Virus record (IMG/VR): IMGVR_UViG_3300036945_000641
Coordinates: 1-64,000 of that record
Strand: one strand, 5' to 3'
From: a virus
Length of the DNA: 64,000 bases
Below are positions 10,504 to 20,321 of this stretch, piece after piece (position 1 is the stretch's first letter; each line of letters starts with the position of its first letter). The position numbers and the translations under genes are program-made. The notes below the pieces were generated by a model, which searched no databases, had not been told where the DNA came from, and was given only the letters and a program-made list of their open reading frames with translations.

Positions 10504-11978
10504 AAACAGTATCAGAAATTTTGACCTGGCTTAATACGCCAGGTCATATTAAATGTATATTGGCAGATATCACAGAAGTTGGAAACGCACCTGTTTCCAA
10601 CTTTTTTCTGTCTAGTGTAGCATATTTTGGTGATAATCAAAATTATAATGCCTCCATAACAGGTGGTCTTAGCTTTTCTGAAACTTTAAATGTTGACGGG
10701 CAAGCTTCGCTTAGTTTTGGTAGCTTAGAGTTTGTAAACACTGGCGGTATTCATGATGATTACCTTCAGTATGTATGGAACAAGCGACCTGTCAAAGTAT
10801 ACTTAGGCGACCCTAGTTGGCCTAAAAGCGACTTTGTGTTAATATTTGACGGATTAATTCAAGAAATTACCGCACCTAGTGAAAACTCATTAAGCTTTAC
10901 ACTGTTTGATAAACTACAACGTTTAAATGACCCTATCTCAGAACGCACCCTAGCAGACACCAGTTATTCTCAAAATACACTAAGCACTGTACTTCCACTA
11001 CTATTTGGTGAAGCGTTTAACGTTCAGCCGCTGCTACTAGATAATGGCAGCAGTGCTGGTCTTGGACAAGTTTACATGGTACATGACGGGGCCATTAGTG
11101 GACTAATTGAAGTACGTGACAATGGTGTGCCAATTAATGTAACTGAGTCTAATAACACAGGAACTTTTACATTACTAGCAAAACCATACGGAACAATTAC
11201 TTGTAGTGCACAAGGAAAAACTCCTTATACAAATACTGTGCCAGGGATTATAAGTCAAATAGTAACTAACTATGGCACCGCAGAAAACCGATTCAGCTCC
11301 AGCGAGATTAGTTTCGGGGATTTTACAAACACTAGTCCAGTAGGATTTTATTCCAGCGACCGTGTAAATATACTAGAAGCATGCAATCAGTTAGCAAAAA
11401 GTTTAAACGCTAATTTAATATGTCCCTCAATTGTAGTAACTGACGGAGTTGTTAGTACTAGTAAATTGCGACTAGTTGAAATAAAAGTTCCCACAGGCAC
11501 GCCAAAGTACTATTTAGATGATAATAACATGATCATCAACTCACTTAGTATATCTCAAATGTTTCCAGTAAAACCTAGCATTAAGTTGGGCTACTGTAAA
11601 AATTATACTGTACAAAGTACGGTAGCTGCAGGTGTAAACCCAACCAGTAAGTTTGACCAGCAGTGGTTTTATTCAGATCAAGTTAATGCAACTAAAAAGA
11701 GTTTGTATCGTGATAGTGGGGCTGTAGCAGAAGAAGAAACACTACTTATTACAACAGCTGGAGCAGAAGCTGAAACAGCTAAACGACTTGCCTTATGGCA
11801 AGAGCAAAGATACGTAATAAGTGCCGATTACTTACCACACTTAATGTTTGTACAACTAGGTGATGTTGTACAAATAACCTCTGCAAGATTCGGACTTTCA
11901 AGCGGAAAATTAGGCCTAGTATACTCAGTTACAAGAAACTGGACTACAGGCTCTGTAAACATAGGGGTATTAGTATAA
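10500..11978 (+). CDS. Tail tip/baseplate hub-like protein
   Basis: Follows the tape measure gene; PLLFGEAFNVQP and EVRDNGVP motifs typical of siphophage tip proteins. Confidence 0.6.
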   Translation: MKTVSEILTWLNTPGHIKCILADITEVGNAPVSNFFLSSVAYFGDNQNYNASITGGLSFSETLNVDGQASLSFGSLEFVNTGGIHDDYLQYVWNKRPVKVYLGDPSWPKSDFVLIFDGLIQEITAPSENSLSFTLFDKLQRLNDPISERTLADTSYSQNTLSTVLPLLFGEAFNVQPLLLDNGSSAGLGQVYMVHDGAISGLIEVRDNGVPINVTESNNTGTFTLLAKPYGTITCSAQGKTPYTNTVPGIISQIVTNYGTAENRFSSSEISFGDFTNTSPVGFYSSDRVNILEACNQLAKSLNANLICPSIVVTDGVVSTSKLRLVEIKVPTGTPKYYLDDNNMIINSLSISQMFPVKPSIKLGYCKNYTVQSTVAAGVNPTSKFDQQWFYSDQVNATKKSLYRDSGAVAEEETLLITTAGAEAETAKRLALWQEQRYVISADYLPHLMFVQLGDVVQITSARFGLSSGKLGLVYSVTRNWTTGSVNIGVLV

Positions 11979-11979
11979 T

Positions 11980-14355
11980 ATGAATACACCAATTAATTCC
12001 AGAGATATTGCTCTGCGTAGTACTGAACCTAGGGTATTACAGATTAGTGAAAACTATATAGCCTTAAGCGCTTCAAGCTTACAGTTTAAATATGGTACAG
12101 ATAATTTACCTCAACCAGCTCAGGTAATAGTAACAGCCAGTTTAGTTGGTAAATTAGAAGGTACAGTAGTATTTACTACTAGTGGTTTTACGCAAGCGCC
12201 TTCAGTTGATCCTACAAATCCCAACAGACTAGTAATAGATCCTTCCAAATTTGTTAGTGATTTCGCAACTATTAATGCTAGTGTAAACTGGCAGGGTTCA
12301 AACTATCAGGCTACTCCAGTTACAATAACAAGAGTATTAAATCAACTATTAGCAAAAGTACAAAGATCAATTGATCTAGTACCTAGCTATAACGATGGCA
12401 GTGGCTATACTCTACCCGCAGACGATAATTTTGTAGAACTATACAATGGTGTAGTTAAAATTACTGAAGGTATTACATATGGTCCTGCATCACAAACTGC
12501 CAACGGCCTTACAGTTAGTGTAAATAGTTCCACAGGAAAAATAACATTAACTCAAGCAGCTCCAAATACTTGGACTGGTAACAACAACAATTTTACATTA
12601 ACAGCTACTAGAAATAATATAGTATATAATACTACGTATAATATTACCAAGGCTAAAGCTGGAGCTGGCGGAATACAAACTCAAGAACTATACTTGTATA
12701 TTTGGAGTGTAGGAACACCTGCAGTACCTAGTGGCTCTAGTGTATATACATGGACTACCAATACTCATGTATACAATGGTGGTGATCAGTGGGCACTAAG
12801 TCCATCTACTAACCCTGGTAATGTAGGTATAGTATTATGGAAAGCTGCTAAAAACATTATAGCTGAAGCAAGTGTAGTAACTACACAAATTTCAACCAAT
12901 TGGGCTGGTGCCAGTATAAGAGCTGTAACTACCGAAGCCAATGAAGTAATAAAAACAAAAACTGTAACAGTATATCAGAACTCGCCTAGTATACCAGGTA
13001 TATCTGGTACAAGTACTCTTACTTGGTCTAACGGGTCATATACTGCGCCAACCAATTGGTCTATTACTGCACCTGCACGAGCAGCAGGACAAGTTCTTTA
13101 TTCTGCTGAAGTTTTTGTACAGCAAGCAACATCTCAACCAACTAGTAATATTGACTGGACACAAGCTAGTATAAGACCAATTAGTTACTACGGCACTGAT
13201 GGGGCAGCGGCCCGCAGAGCGTATGTTTTAGCAATTAGCGCTCCTGCAGGATCTCCTGCTACATATGTTGCTACTGGCGATACACTGCCAGTAGCAGGTA
13301 CATGGTTTTCAGGAAAAACTTGGTCTTCTACTGCACCTACTGTAATAGCTGAAGGCGAAACACTGTATCAAACCGATGGAGTTTACGTTAGTGCTGGAAA
13401 TACTACATGGGGCTATCCTTATATAAGTAGTTTAAAAGTTGGTAACTTACAAGCCATTAGCGCTAACACAGGTACTCTGACTATTACTGGAGCACTTAAG
13501 GGCGGAGACGCTACTAATTTGACTACTGGTACTGGTTTTTATGTAGACAACAACGGACACTTACGAGTAGGTACCCCAGGAGGTGCTCAATTAAAGTTTG
13601 ATGCTGGTGGTTTAAGTATTACTAATTCAGCTGGATCTAATGTTTTTACAGTAATAAGCCAAGCTGAAACTGCAGCAACTAATGCAGCAAGAGATGCTGG
13701 TACTGCTGCAACTAATGCTGGTACTGCTGCAACTAATGCAGGTACTGCTGCAACTAATGCCGGTAATTCAGCTACTGCTGCCTCTAATGCCGCTAATAGT
13801 GCTACTATTATAAAAGTACAGTATAGTGCAGATAATAGTAACTGGCATGATTCCTATATTGCTGGCGACATTTATATTCGTACTGGGTCAAAAACTGTAG
13901 CTGCCGCTGACTTTACATATAGTGCTGGAAGCAGGTATGTGGGTACAAACGGTAGAGATGGTGATCCTGGTGTTCGCGGTAGTTTGATTGGATACGGCAA
14001 ACAGTATGGAATATACTCGGAGCAGTGGGATAACCTTAAAGCAAACCGAGTTATCTATAATATGGTAAATGGTGAAACATTTGCCGGAGACCTATCCTTA
14101 ACATCGCACTTACGTATTGGTGATACGGTTACTCTTACTAATGGTGCAAGCGCTACAAAATCATATACCCGATACTGGACTGGTTCTTGGACAGACCCTA
14201 GTGTTGTAATTAACGGTGATTTAATAGTAACTGGTACTATTGGTGCAGACAAATTAGCTGTAGGCGGAATACTAGTAGGCCAACAAATTAAAAATCAAGC
14301 AGGTACTTTTGTTATTGACTTTGGCTCTAGCCCATACATTAGCATATCAGTTTAA
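11980..14355 (+). CDS. Central tail fibre/host-specificity protein
   Basis: Thr/Ser/Gly-rich beta protein with LKVGNLQAISANTG and INGDLIVTGTIGADKL motifs and an internal AGTAATN repeat. Confidence 0.6.
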   Translation: MNTPINSRDIALRSTEPRVLQISENYIALSASSLQFKYGTDNLPQPAQVIVTASLVGKLEGTVVFTTSGFTQAPSVDPTNPNRLVIDPSKFVSDFATINASVNWQGSNYQATPVTITRVLNQLLAKVQRSIDLVPSYNDGSGYTLPADDNFVELYNGVVKITEGITYGPASQTANGLTVSVNSSTGKITLTQAAPNTWTGNNNNFTLTATRNNIVYNTTYNITKAKAGAGGIQTQELYLYIWSVGTPAVPSGSSVYTWTTNTHVYNGGDQWALSPSTNPGNVGIVLWKAAKNIIAEASVVTTQISTNWAGASIRAVTTEANEVIKTKTVTVYQNSPSIPGISGTSTLTWSNGSYTAPTNWSITAPARAAGQVLYSAEVFVQQATSQPTSNIDWTQASIRPISYYGTDGAAARRAYVLAISAPAGSPATYVATGDTLPVAGTWFSGKTWSSTAPTVIAEGETLYQTDGVYVSAGNTTWGYPYISSLKVGNLQAISANTGTLTITGALKGGDATNLTTGTGFYVDNNGHLRVGTPGGAQLKFDAGGLSITNSAGSNVFTVISQAETAATNAARDAGTAATNAGTAATNAGTAATNAGNSATAASNAANSATIIKVQYSADNSNWHDSYIAGDIYIRTGSKTVAAADFTYSAGSRYVGTNGRDGDPGVRGSLIGYGKQYGIYSEQWDNLKANRVIYNMVNGETFAGDLSLTSHLRIGDTVTLTNGASATKSYTRYWTGSWTDPSVVINGDLIVTGTIGADKLAVGGILVGQQIKNQAGTFVIDFGSSPYISISV
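13696..13758 (+). repeat. 21-bp tandem repeat x3 (AGTAATN heptads)
   Basis: GCTGGTACTGCTGCAACTAAT twice, then GCAGGTACTGCTGCAACTAAT, with degenerate flanking copies. Confidence 0.9.
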
Positions 14356-14363
14356 GGAACAAC

Positions 14364-15179
14364 ATGCCAAACCTACGTTTAATTTATAATAACTTAGCAG
14401 ACTCTGCCACTATTGTGGCAAGTTCAACTGCCGCAGGCTTTAGTGTTGATAACCTTAAAGACACTCAAAAAACTAGTGTACATCGCAGTAGTGATACAAC
14501 TGTAACCTACACCCTAAGCTGGAGCACCGCACAAACAATTAATTGTGTAGCACTACCAGCAACAAACTTAATTGCAGGAGGAACTATACAAGTACAGTTG
14601 TTTAGCGATCTTACAAGCACAATTCCACTAACCGATACTGGACCCAGACAAGCTTGCACAGGTCGAACAGTTACACTTTACAATAAAAGTTCAGCGCCCA
14701 CATATGTTGACTTTGGTTTTGGTGGTGCAACCAAAACTAGTATTTGGTTTACCCAAAGGTATCAAGCTCAAAAAGTGGTTATTACAGTAACCAGCGACAG
14801 AGCCGTTGACTGTGCTAAAATTATTTGCGGTGCTTATTGGGAAAGTTCACGACAAGTTAATAATGGTATTGAACTAGGTTATGAGGATTCAAGCGAGATC
14901 ACTACAACTCGTAGTGGTAACACTTATGAAGACCGAAAGCCTATTACTGAAACCATGAGATTTGACTTGCAGTACTTGTCAGACACTGACCGCCAAGAAC
15001 TACAAAAATTAATGCGTAGTTGGGGCTCAAGTGCACTTATATATTACTGTGTATTTCCTGATAACACTAATCCTGAGCTAACTCAAAGCTTTAGTATCTA
15101 TGGCCGCAGTAACTCAAATAGTCTTCAGTATCAGTTTCATAAATTCTATAACACCAGTCTTGATATAAAAGGTTGGTAA
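14364..15179 (+). CDS. Tail tip protein (distal-tail-like)
   Basis: Last gene of the tail tip operon; C-terminal D.S...TRSG...DR motif resembles Dit-like proteins. Confidence 0.5.
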   Translation: MPNLRLIYNNLADSATIVASSTAAGFSVDNLKDTQKTSVHRSSDTTVTYTLSWSTAQTINCVALPATNLIAGGTIQVQLFSDLTSTIPLTDTGPRQACTGRTVTLYNKSSAPTYVDFGFGGATKTSIWFTQRYQAQKVVITVTSDRAVDCAKIICGAYWESSRQVNNGIELGYEDSSEITTTRSGNTYEDRKPITETMRFDLQYLSDTDRQELQKLMRSWGSSALIYYCVFPDNTNPELTQSFSIYGRSNSNSLQYQFHKFYNTSLDIKGW

Positions 15180-15181
15180 AT

Positions 15182-15213
15182 AAAAATACCAGCTTTAGGG
15201 CTGGTATTTTTTT
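15182..15213 (+). terminator. Rho-independent terminator
   Basis: AAAAATACCAGC/GCTGGTATTTTT stem followed by a T run. Confidence 0.85.
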
Positions 15214-15216
15214 ATG

Positions 15217-15245
15217 TTGACATTAGCCTGCCCTTGTGATATAAT
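15217..15245 (+). promoter_or_regulatory. Consensus sigma70 promoter
   Basis: TTGACA-N17-TATAAT with TG; shares TTGACATTAGCC with the promoter at 3463. Confidence 0.9.
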
Positions 15246-15370
15246 AATACAAAATGTCCACAGATGTTTAAATTTTTTCTTGACAAGCAGATAGCTAGTT
15301 CAGAACACCATATTACATTACCATTAGCTTAGTTATTATAACTAGCCCCAATAAGCCAGGAGAACATCTG

Positions 15371-15718
15371 ATGCCAGAACTAGTCCCCGAAAATTTAATT
15401 CAAGCATTTGGCGCGGTTGCTATGGCAGCTGTTGTTGTAATGCTTGGAATCCAAAAAATCTTAAAATATTGGCAAACCACTGACGCAGAAAATTCAATTA
15501 TCAAAATTATGCATAATGAATTGGAACGTATGAGCCAACAGAATACAGCTCTTAGCGTAGAGCTAGGTAGATTACACAACGAAGTAATTACGCTAAATCA
15601 ACAACTACAAATGTTAACTATAGAAAATCAACGACTACAGCGAGAAGTTGTTGCACTTACTAATGAAGTAAGTAGCTTTAAACTATTAAGACAAGGTGAC
15701 TCACATGGCAAGATCTAG
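15371..15718 (+). CDS. Membrane-anchored coiled-coil protein (holin-like, uncertain)
   Basis: One N-terminal hydrophobic helix plus a heptad-rich C-terminus; AGGAG RBS. Confidence 0.5.
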   Translation: MPELVPENLIQAFGAVAMAAVVVMLGIQKILKYWQTTDAENSIIKIMHNELERMSQQNTALSVELGRLHNEVITLNQQLQMLTIENQRLQREVVALTNEVSSFKLLRQGDSHGKI

Positions 15719-16295
15719 GCTGTTAAACCCCGCAAACGATATTATCACGGACTCTGGTGATATTTTATTTAGTTTTGTTAGAGGCGAACAATTAGAGTTT
15801 CCTATTACACTAAACTTTGTAGAAGATGTTACTGCTGGGTATACTTATGAAGCAGTAGTTGTAGAGGGTGATAATGTTCAGTCTCAGGCAACACGACCCG
15901 AAAATGTTAAAACCAATGCCGTTACAATTATTCTAAATGTTAGAGTTCCAACAAATCGTGGTAACTGGGATGCTGCACAAGCATACAACAGAGAAGAAAT
16001 TGTACTATACAACGGTAAATATTACAAATTACTAAGTGGCGTAGCTTTAACTAATGCAGTGCCGCCTTCAGGCAGCACAAACTGGCTAGAGACTACATTA
16101 AATAAAGTATATTTACAGTTTCCTAAAAGCCTAGCCAGTACGTGGTCACAAATGGCCACAGTAAGTAGCCCAGTATACGGATTCTTTGAGCTACGTGTTA
16201 CAGAGCCTCAAGATAATATTTTTGTACGCACGTGGAAGCCTGTAAGAGGTATGGTAGAAATTTTATTTAGTCCTACTTATAGTGCTAACGATTAA
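15705..16295 (+). CDS. Virion structural/adaptor protein with a carbohydrate-binding-like insert
   Basis: WDAAQAYNREEIVLYNGKYY resembles a CBM5/12-type motif; structural gene context. Confidence 0.45.
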   Translation: MARSRLLNPANDIITDSGDILFSFVRGEQLEFPITLNFVEDVTAGYTYEAVVVEGDNVQSQATRPENVKTNAVTIILNVRVPTNRGNWDAAQAYNREEIVLYNGKYYKLLSGVALTNAVPPSGSTNWLETTLNKVYLQFPKSLASTWSQMATVSSPVYGFFELRVTEPQDNIFVRTWKPVRGMVEILFSPTYSAND

Positions 16296-16303
16296 GGAAT
16301 GTT

Positions 16304-19252
16304 ATGGCAACAGATACTAATATTATTGAGGTAACAGGCGGTGGACTTACTACCGGTGTTCCAGATGTATCTGTAACCACTAGTACATCAACGCCAACAG
16401 TTGTTTCTCATGTGGTAACTCCCACACTAGATCCAGCAAGCTCAAATGAAGAATTAATAAAAGTAGTAGTTACTGGCTTAGGCGAAGAAAATATACCTGA
16501 TGCTAGACTATTTAAGTTTTTAAGCGACAAATTTGGGCTTAGTGAACAGAAATTATTTCAAGTTTTCAAGAATTTAAGTGAGTTAAATACTACTGAAGAG
16601 CAGGTAAGTAAATTACTACAAAAAGTACTCGAAGACGTTACAACTAATTCAGATGTATTTGACCGAGTTTGGACTGCATTTAGAACGTTTGCTGATTCTA
16701 CTACTAATGCTGAGTTATTAAATCAAGACTTTGAAAAAGTACTATCAGACGTAGCTAATGCCCCTGATTTGCTAACCTCAGATGTTGGCAAGTATTTAGC
16801 AGACATAACAGCACTAGCAAATTTAAGCTATGCAGTTATATTAATAGGCAAAAATTTACAAGATCAAACAATTGGTTTCAGTGATGTACTTAGTACCATT
16901 GTAGATTTTAACAGAACCTTTGAAGACACAGTATTTACAACTGATGACTTCTTTGGTGAAGCCAACGTTGATGATGATCAAATTGCACAAGTTTTTAAAG
17001 TTGTGTTAGACTGGGTTGTTCCTGAAGAACGCTTTGCAGTTGATGTTGACAAACCAGATGTAGTTGACTTAGCTACACTAAGTGAGCAAGCTTACTTAGA
17101 ACCACAACTACCAAAATTTGATGCTGTTGTAAACACAGATTTGCAAATAGCACTAGTAGACTTATCCAAACTGGATCAAACTTCAAACTCAGAACAACAA
17201 ATATTCTCAGTAACTAAAGCTGACCGAGTTGATGAAGTAACAGTACTTGAGCAAGCTAGCATAGATTTAGTTAGACCAGATATAACAGATCAAACCACAA
17301 ACTCAGACTTACAAACAGCTGATGTGGGCCAAACTAGTATAGATAATTTTAACACTCAAAACGAACAGTACTACTTTGACGTTGACAAGCCAGATATAGA
17401 AGACGCTGCAGTTGTAGCGGAGCAAGTCAACAAAGATTTTACGCGACCAGCAGAAGACGATCAAGTTAGTATTGCAGAATTGCTGCTTACTAAACTAATT
17501 GGTTTAAATATTAATGAGATCGATTACTTCTTAGAAGATTATGTTTTTGATATAACAGATTACACGTTTAAAGCTGTTCATGCCAGAGACCAGATTACAC
17601 AAATTATTATAACAAAAGAGTTTGAAGACCTAGTAGACTCCACAGATGACTTCTTTGGTGAAGCAAATGTTGACGATGATCAAACAGCTACGTTTGATAA
17701 AGTACTTGCTGATTATATTACATTTTCAGACGCTTTTGAACGACTAGTAGATTACATTAGACTGTTCTCAGAAACAGCTGCACTACTAGAGCAAGTAGAA
17801 CTAGACACAAACAAAGTTCTTGTAGACCAAACTGCTAATTCAGAACAAACAAACTTTGATAGTTTTAAAGTCACGAATGATCAAGCTACCATCTCAGAAA
17901 CAAGTGTTTTTGATGTAGAGCAAATTAGCAGCGATTTAGCGACAACGGCTGAGCAAGCAGAACTTCATACTAGCACAGTTCAATTAGACATTGTAAACAA
18001 CACGGATGATTTTACCAGATTCTATGAAGCTGTTAGAATCTTTACTGAACTAACGCAAACCACAGATCGTGTAGAGCAGTTAGTAGAACGTGTTAGCGAC
18101 GACCAAAGTACTTTTACAGAACTAGTAACGCAAACAGTAGAAAAATTAGAACTAGATCAAGCTACAACAACCGAACAACAAACGTTTGACTTTGAAGCAG
18201 TTTACAGTGAGCTAATAGACGCAACTGATGACTTTTATGGTGCAGCAAACATTGACGATGATCAAATTGCTGCTTTTGACAAAGTACTAGTAGACTATGC
18301 TGTTAACAGCGACACAGTAATAACTGTTGCGGAATTTCTAAGAACGTTTTTAGAAACAGCTGCTGCCACAGACTTGGCTACACTTGATTTTGCAAAAGAC
18401 GTAGTTAGCACAGCCACCTTATCAGAAGTATTTGCAGTTGACTTTTTAACTAGTCGTAGCGAAACAAGCACAGTACTAGAAGAAACTGCTGTTAGCTTTG
18501 ATACTAGCAGAACAGAAACTATAACACAAGCTGACTTATTTACGCAAAGCATTGAGCCTGCTAAATATGAAACAATAGCTACTGTTGACGATGCTGTTTA
18601 CGATATTGAATTAAACAAGTTTGAAATTGCAAATGCGCTAGAATCGGCTATAGTAGATTTTTCTACCGCACGAGCAGAAGTAGCCAGCATTTTAGAAAGT
18701 TTTATCACTGAGTTTACGGCACTAAGAGACTTTTCAGAAACTGTGGTACAAACCGACACAGTTAGCTTAGATACTACAAAACCCACAACAGACTTAGTAT
18801 CAAATTCAGATATTCAAGTATTTGATACTACTAAACAAACATCTGATACCACAACAACCTCAGAAGTTATTGGCAAGGATACAACTACTGAAATTTCAGA
18901 GTTAGTAGATGCAACTGACGACTTCTTTGGTGCTGCTAACATTGACGATGATCAGATTGCCGTAATTGACAAAGTACTTGCTGATTATGCTGCTAACGCC
19001 GACACAGTCACAACATTAACCGACTATCAAAGATCTGTTGATGAAAACCAAATTTTATCTGAAGTATTCGCTGCTGTTGTTAACAAAGCACTTTCAGATA
19101 TTACTAACAGTAGCGATACTGTAATCTTGCTTACTGAGTCTAATAGACTGGATTCAATAGCAATATCCCAAACAATTTCACTTACTTTACAAAGCTATTT
19201 CTCTCAGGACTACGCAGAGTTGGGCTATACAGGTGAAACTTATACTTATTAA
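16304..19252 (+). CDS. Large, highly acidic repeat protein (probably virion-associated)
   Basis: 982 aa, Asp/Glu/Thr-rich, with four copies of TDDF(F/Y)G(E/A)AN(V/I)DDDQ. Confidence 0.6.
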   Translation: MATDTNIIEVTGGGLTTGVPDVSVTTSTSTPTVVSHVVTPTLDPASSNEELIKVVVTGLGEENIPDARLFKFLSDKFGLSEQKLFQVFKNLSELNTTEEQVSKLLQKVLEDVTTNSDVFDRVWTAFRTFADSTTNAELLNQDFEKVLSDVANAPDLLTSDVGKYLADITALANLSYAVILIGKNLQDQTIGFSDVLSTIVDFNRTFEDTVFTTDDFFGEANVDDDQIAQVFKVVLDWVVPEERFAVDVDKPDVVDLATLSEQAYLEPQLPKFDAVVNTDLQIALVDLSKLDQTSNSEQQIFSVTKADRVDEVTVLEQASIDLVRPDITDQTTNSDLQTADVGQTSIDNFNTQNEQYYFDVDKPDIEDAAVVAEQVNKDFTRPAEDDQVSIAELLLTKLIGLNINEIDYFLEDYVFDITDYTFKAVHARDQITQIIITKEFEDLVDSTDDFFGEANVDDDQTATFDKVLADYITFSDAFERLVDYIRLFSETAALLEQVELDTNKVLVDQTANSEQTNFDSFKVTNDQATISETSVFDVEQISSDLATTAEQAELHTSTVQLDIVNNTDDFTRFYEAVRIFTELTQTTDRVEQLVERVSDDQSTFTELVTQTVEKLELDQATTTEQQTFDFEAVYSELIDATDDFYGAANIDDDQIAAFDKVLVDYAVNSDTVITVAEFLRTFLETAAATDLATLDFAKDVVSTATLSEVFAVDFLTSRSETSTVLEETAVSFDTSRTETITQADLFTQSIEPAKYETIATVDDAVYDIELNKFEIANALESAIVDFSTARAEVASILESFITEFTALRDFSETVVQTDTVSLDTTKPTTDLVSNSDIQVFDTTKQTSDTTTTSEVIGKDTTTEISELVDATDDFFGAANIDDDQIAVIDKVLADYAANADTVTTLTDYQRSVDENQILSEVFAAVVNKALSDITNSSDTVILLTESNRLDSIAISQTISLTLQSYFSQDYAELGYTGETYTY

Positions 19253-19261
19253 GGATTTTAT

Positions 19262-19714
19262 ATGTTACAAGACAACATCAAAACTAAAGGTACGTTGACC
19301 CTAGTTCTAACGGACGAAAACGGTAACGTAAAACAACAAGACGAGCATAACTTAGTAGTTAGTTCAGGTCTTGCTTACATTGCTTCACGCATGAAAGACG
19401 CTACAGCAACTGCAATGAGTCACATGGCTGTTGGTGCAGGTGCTACTGCTGCTGCTGCTGCTAATACTGCATTGGGTAGTGAATTAGGCCGTGTTGCACT
19501 AACTTCAACTACTATTGTTACTACAAGCGTAGCTAATGATGCAGTTCAATATGTTGCTACATTTGGTGCCGGTACTGGTACTGGTGCAGTTACAGAAGCT
19601 GGTATTTTTAACAACGTAACAGCTGGCACTATGCTATGCCGCACAGTTTTTGCAGTGATTAACAAAGGTGCATTAGACACATTGACAATCACTTGGAAAG
19701 TAACTGTAGCTTAA
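19262..19714 (+). CDS. Tail fibre attachment/collar-like protein
   Basis: NLVV..G, MAVGAG, L..ELGR, TEAGIFN, GTML.R motif series typical of fibre-anchor proteins. Confidence 0.55.
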   Translation: MLQDNIKTKGTLTLVLTDENGNVKQQDEHNLVVSSGLAYIASRMKDATATAMSHMAVGAGATAAAAANTALGSELGRVALTSTTIVTTSVANDAVQYVATFGAGTGTGAVTEAGIFNNVTAGTMLCRTVFAVINKGALDTLTITWKVTVA

Positions 19715-19732
19715 TTTTAACTGGAGTTACCT

Positions 19733-19966
19733 ATGGCAACAATTATTACTCGCGTATTGGGTGCTACCGCCAAAGGTACTCCTCTTACTAATGAAGAAGT
19801 TGATAACAACTTTATTAACTTAAACACAGAAGTCGGTGAAAAAATGGTCAAGTCTGCTAATCTAAGTGATTTAGCAGACTTGCCTACCGCAAGAACAAAT
19901 TTACAAGTAGATAGTTCTACTCGTACAACTGCAAAAGCTGTTGCTATGGCTATTGCATTAGGATAA
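19733..19966 (+). CDS. Small structural protein
   Basis: KGTPLTNEEVDNNFINLN and KSANLSDLAD...ARTNL fibre motifs; GGAG RBS. Confidence 0.55.
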   Translation: MATIITRVLGATAKGTPLTNEEVDNNFINLNTEVGEKMVKSANLSDLADLPTARTNLQVDSSTRTTAKAVAMAIALG

Positions 19967-19976
19967 GGACTAGAAC

Positions 19977-20312
19977 ATGGCATTCAAATCAAAAATATCA
20001 GCCAATGTTGGAGTAGCTGCTTCACCAACTACTATTACCGATACAGTAGCTGCAGGTTATGCACAAACTTTAATTGGTTTATCACTGGCAAATACCAGCA
20101 GCGCCAATATTCAAATATCCGCCAAGCTAGTTAAAAATGGCGGAGGTTCTGCCTTTTTAGTTAAAGACGCCACAGTATTACCTGGTGGTGCAATCTCCAT
20201 TGTAGGTGGAGACCAAAAATTAGTGCTAGAAGCTGGCGATTCAGTTACAGCTTGGTCTAGCGCAGGTGCAACAGCAGACGCAGTATTATCATACCTAGTC
20301 GACACAAACTAA
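19977..20312 (+). CDS. Small virion protein
   Basis: IGLSLAN...GGDQKLVLEAGD motif common in fibre modules of aquatic phages. Confidence 0.5.
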   Translation: MAFKSKISANVGVAASPTTITDTVAAGYAQTLIGLSLANTSSANIQISAKLVKNGGGSAFLVKDATVLPGGAISIVGGDQKLVLEAGDSVTAWSSAGATADAVLSYLVDTN

Positions 20313-20321
20313 GGAGCTCAA

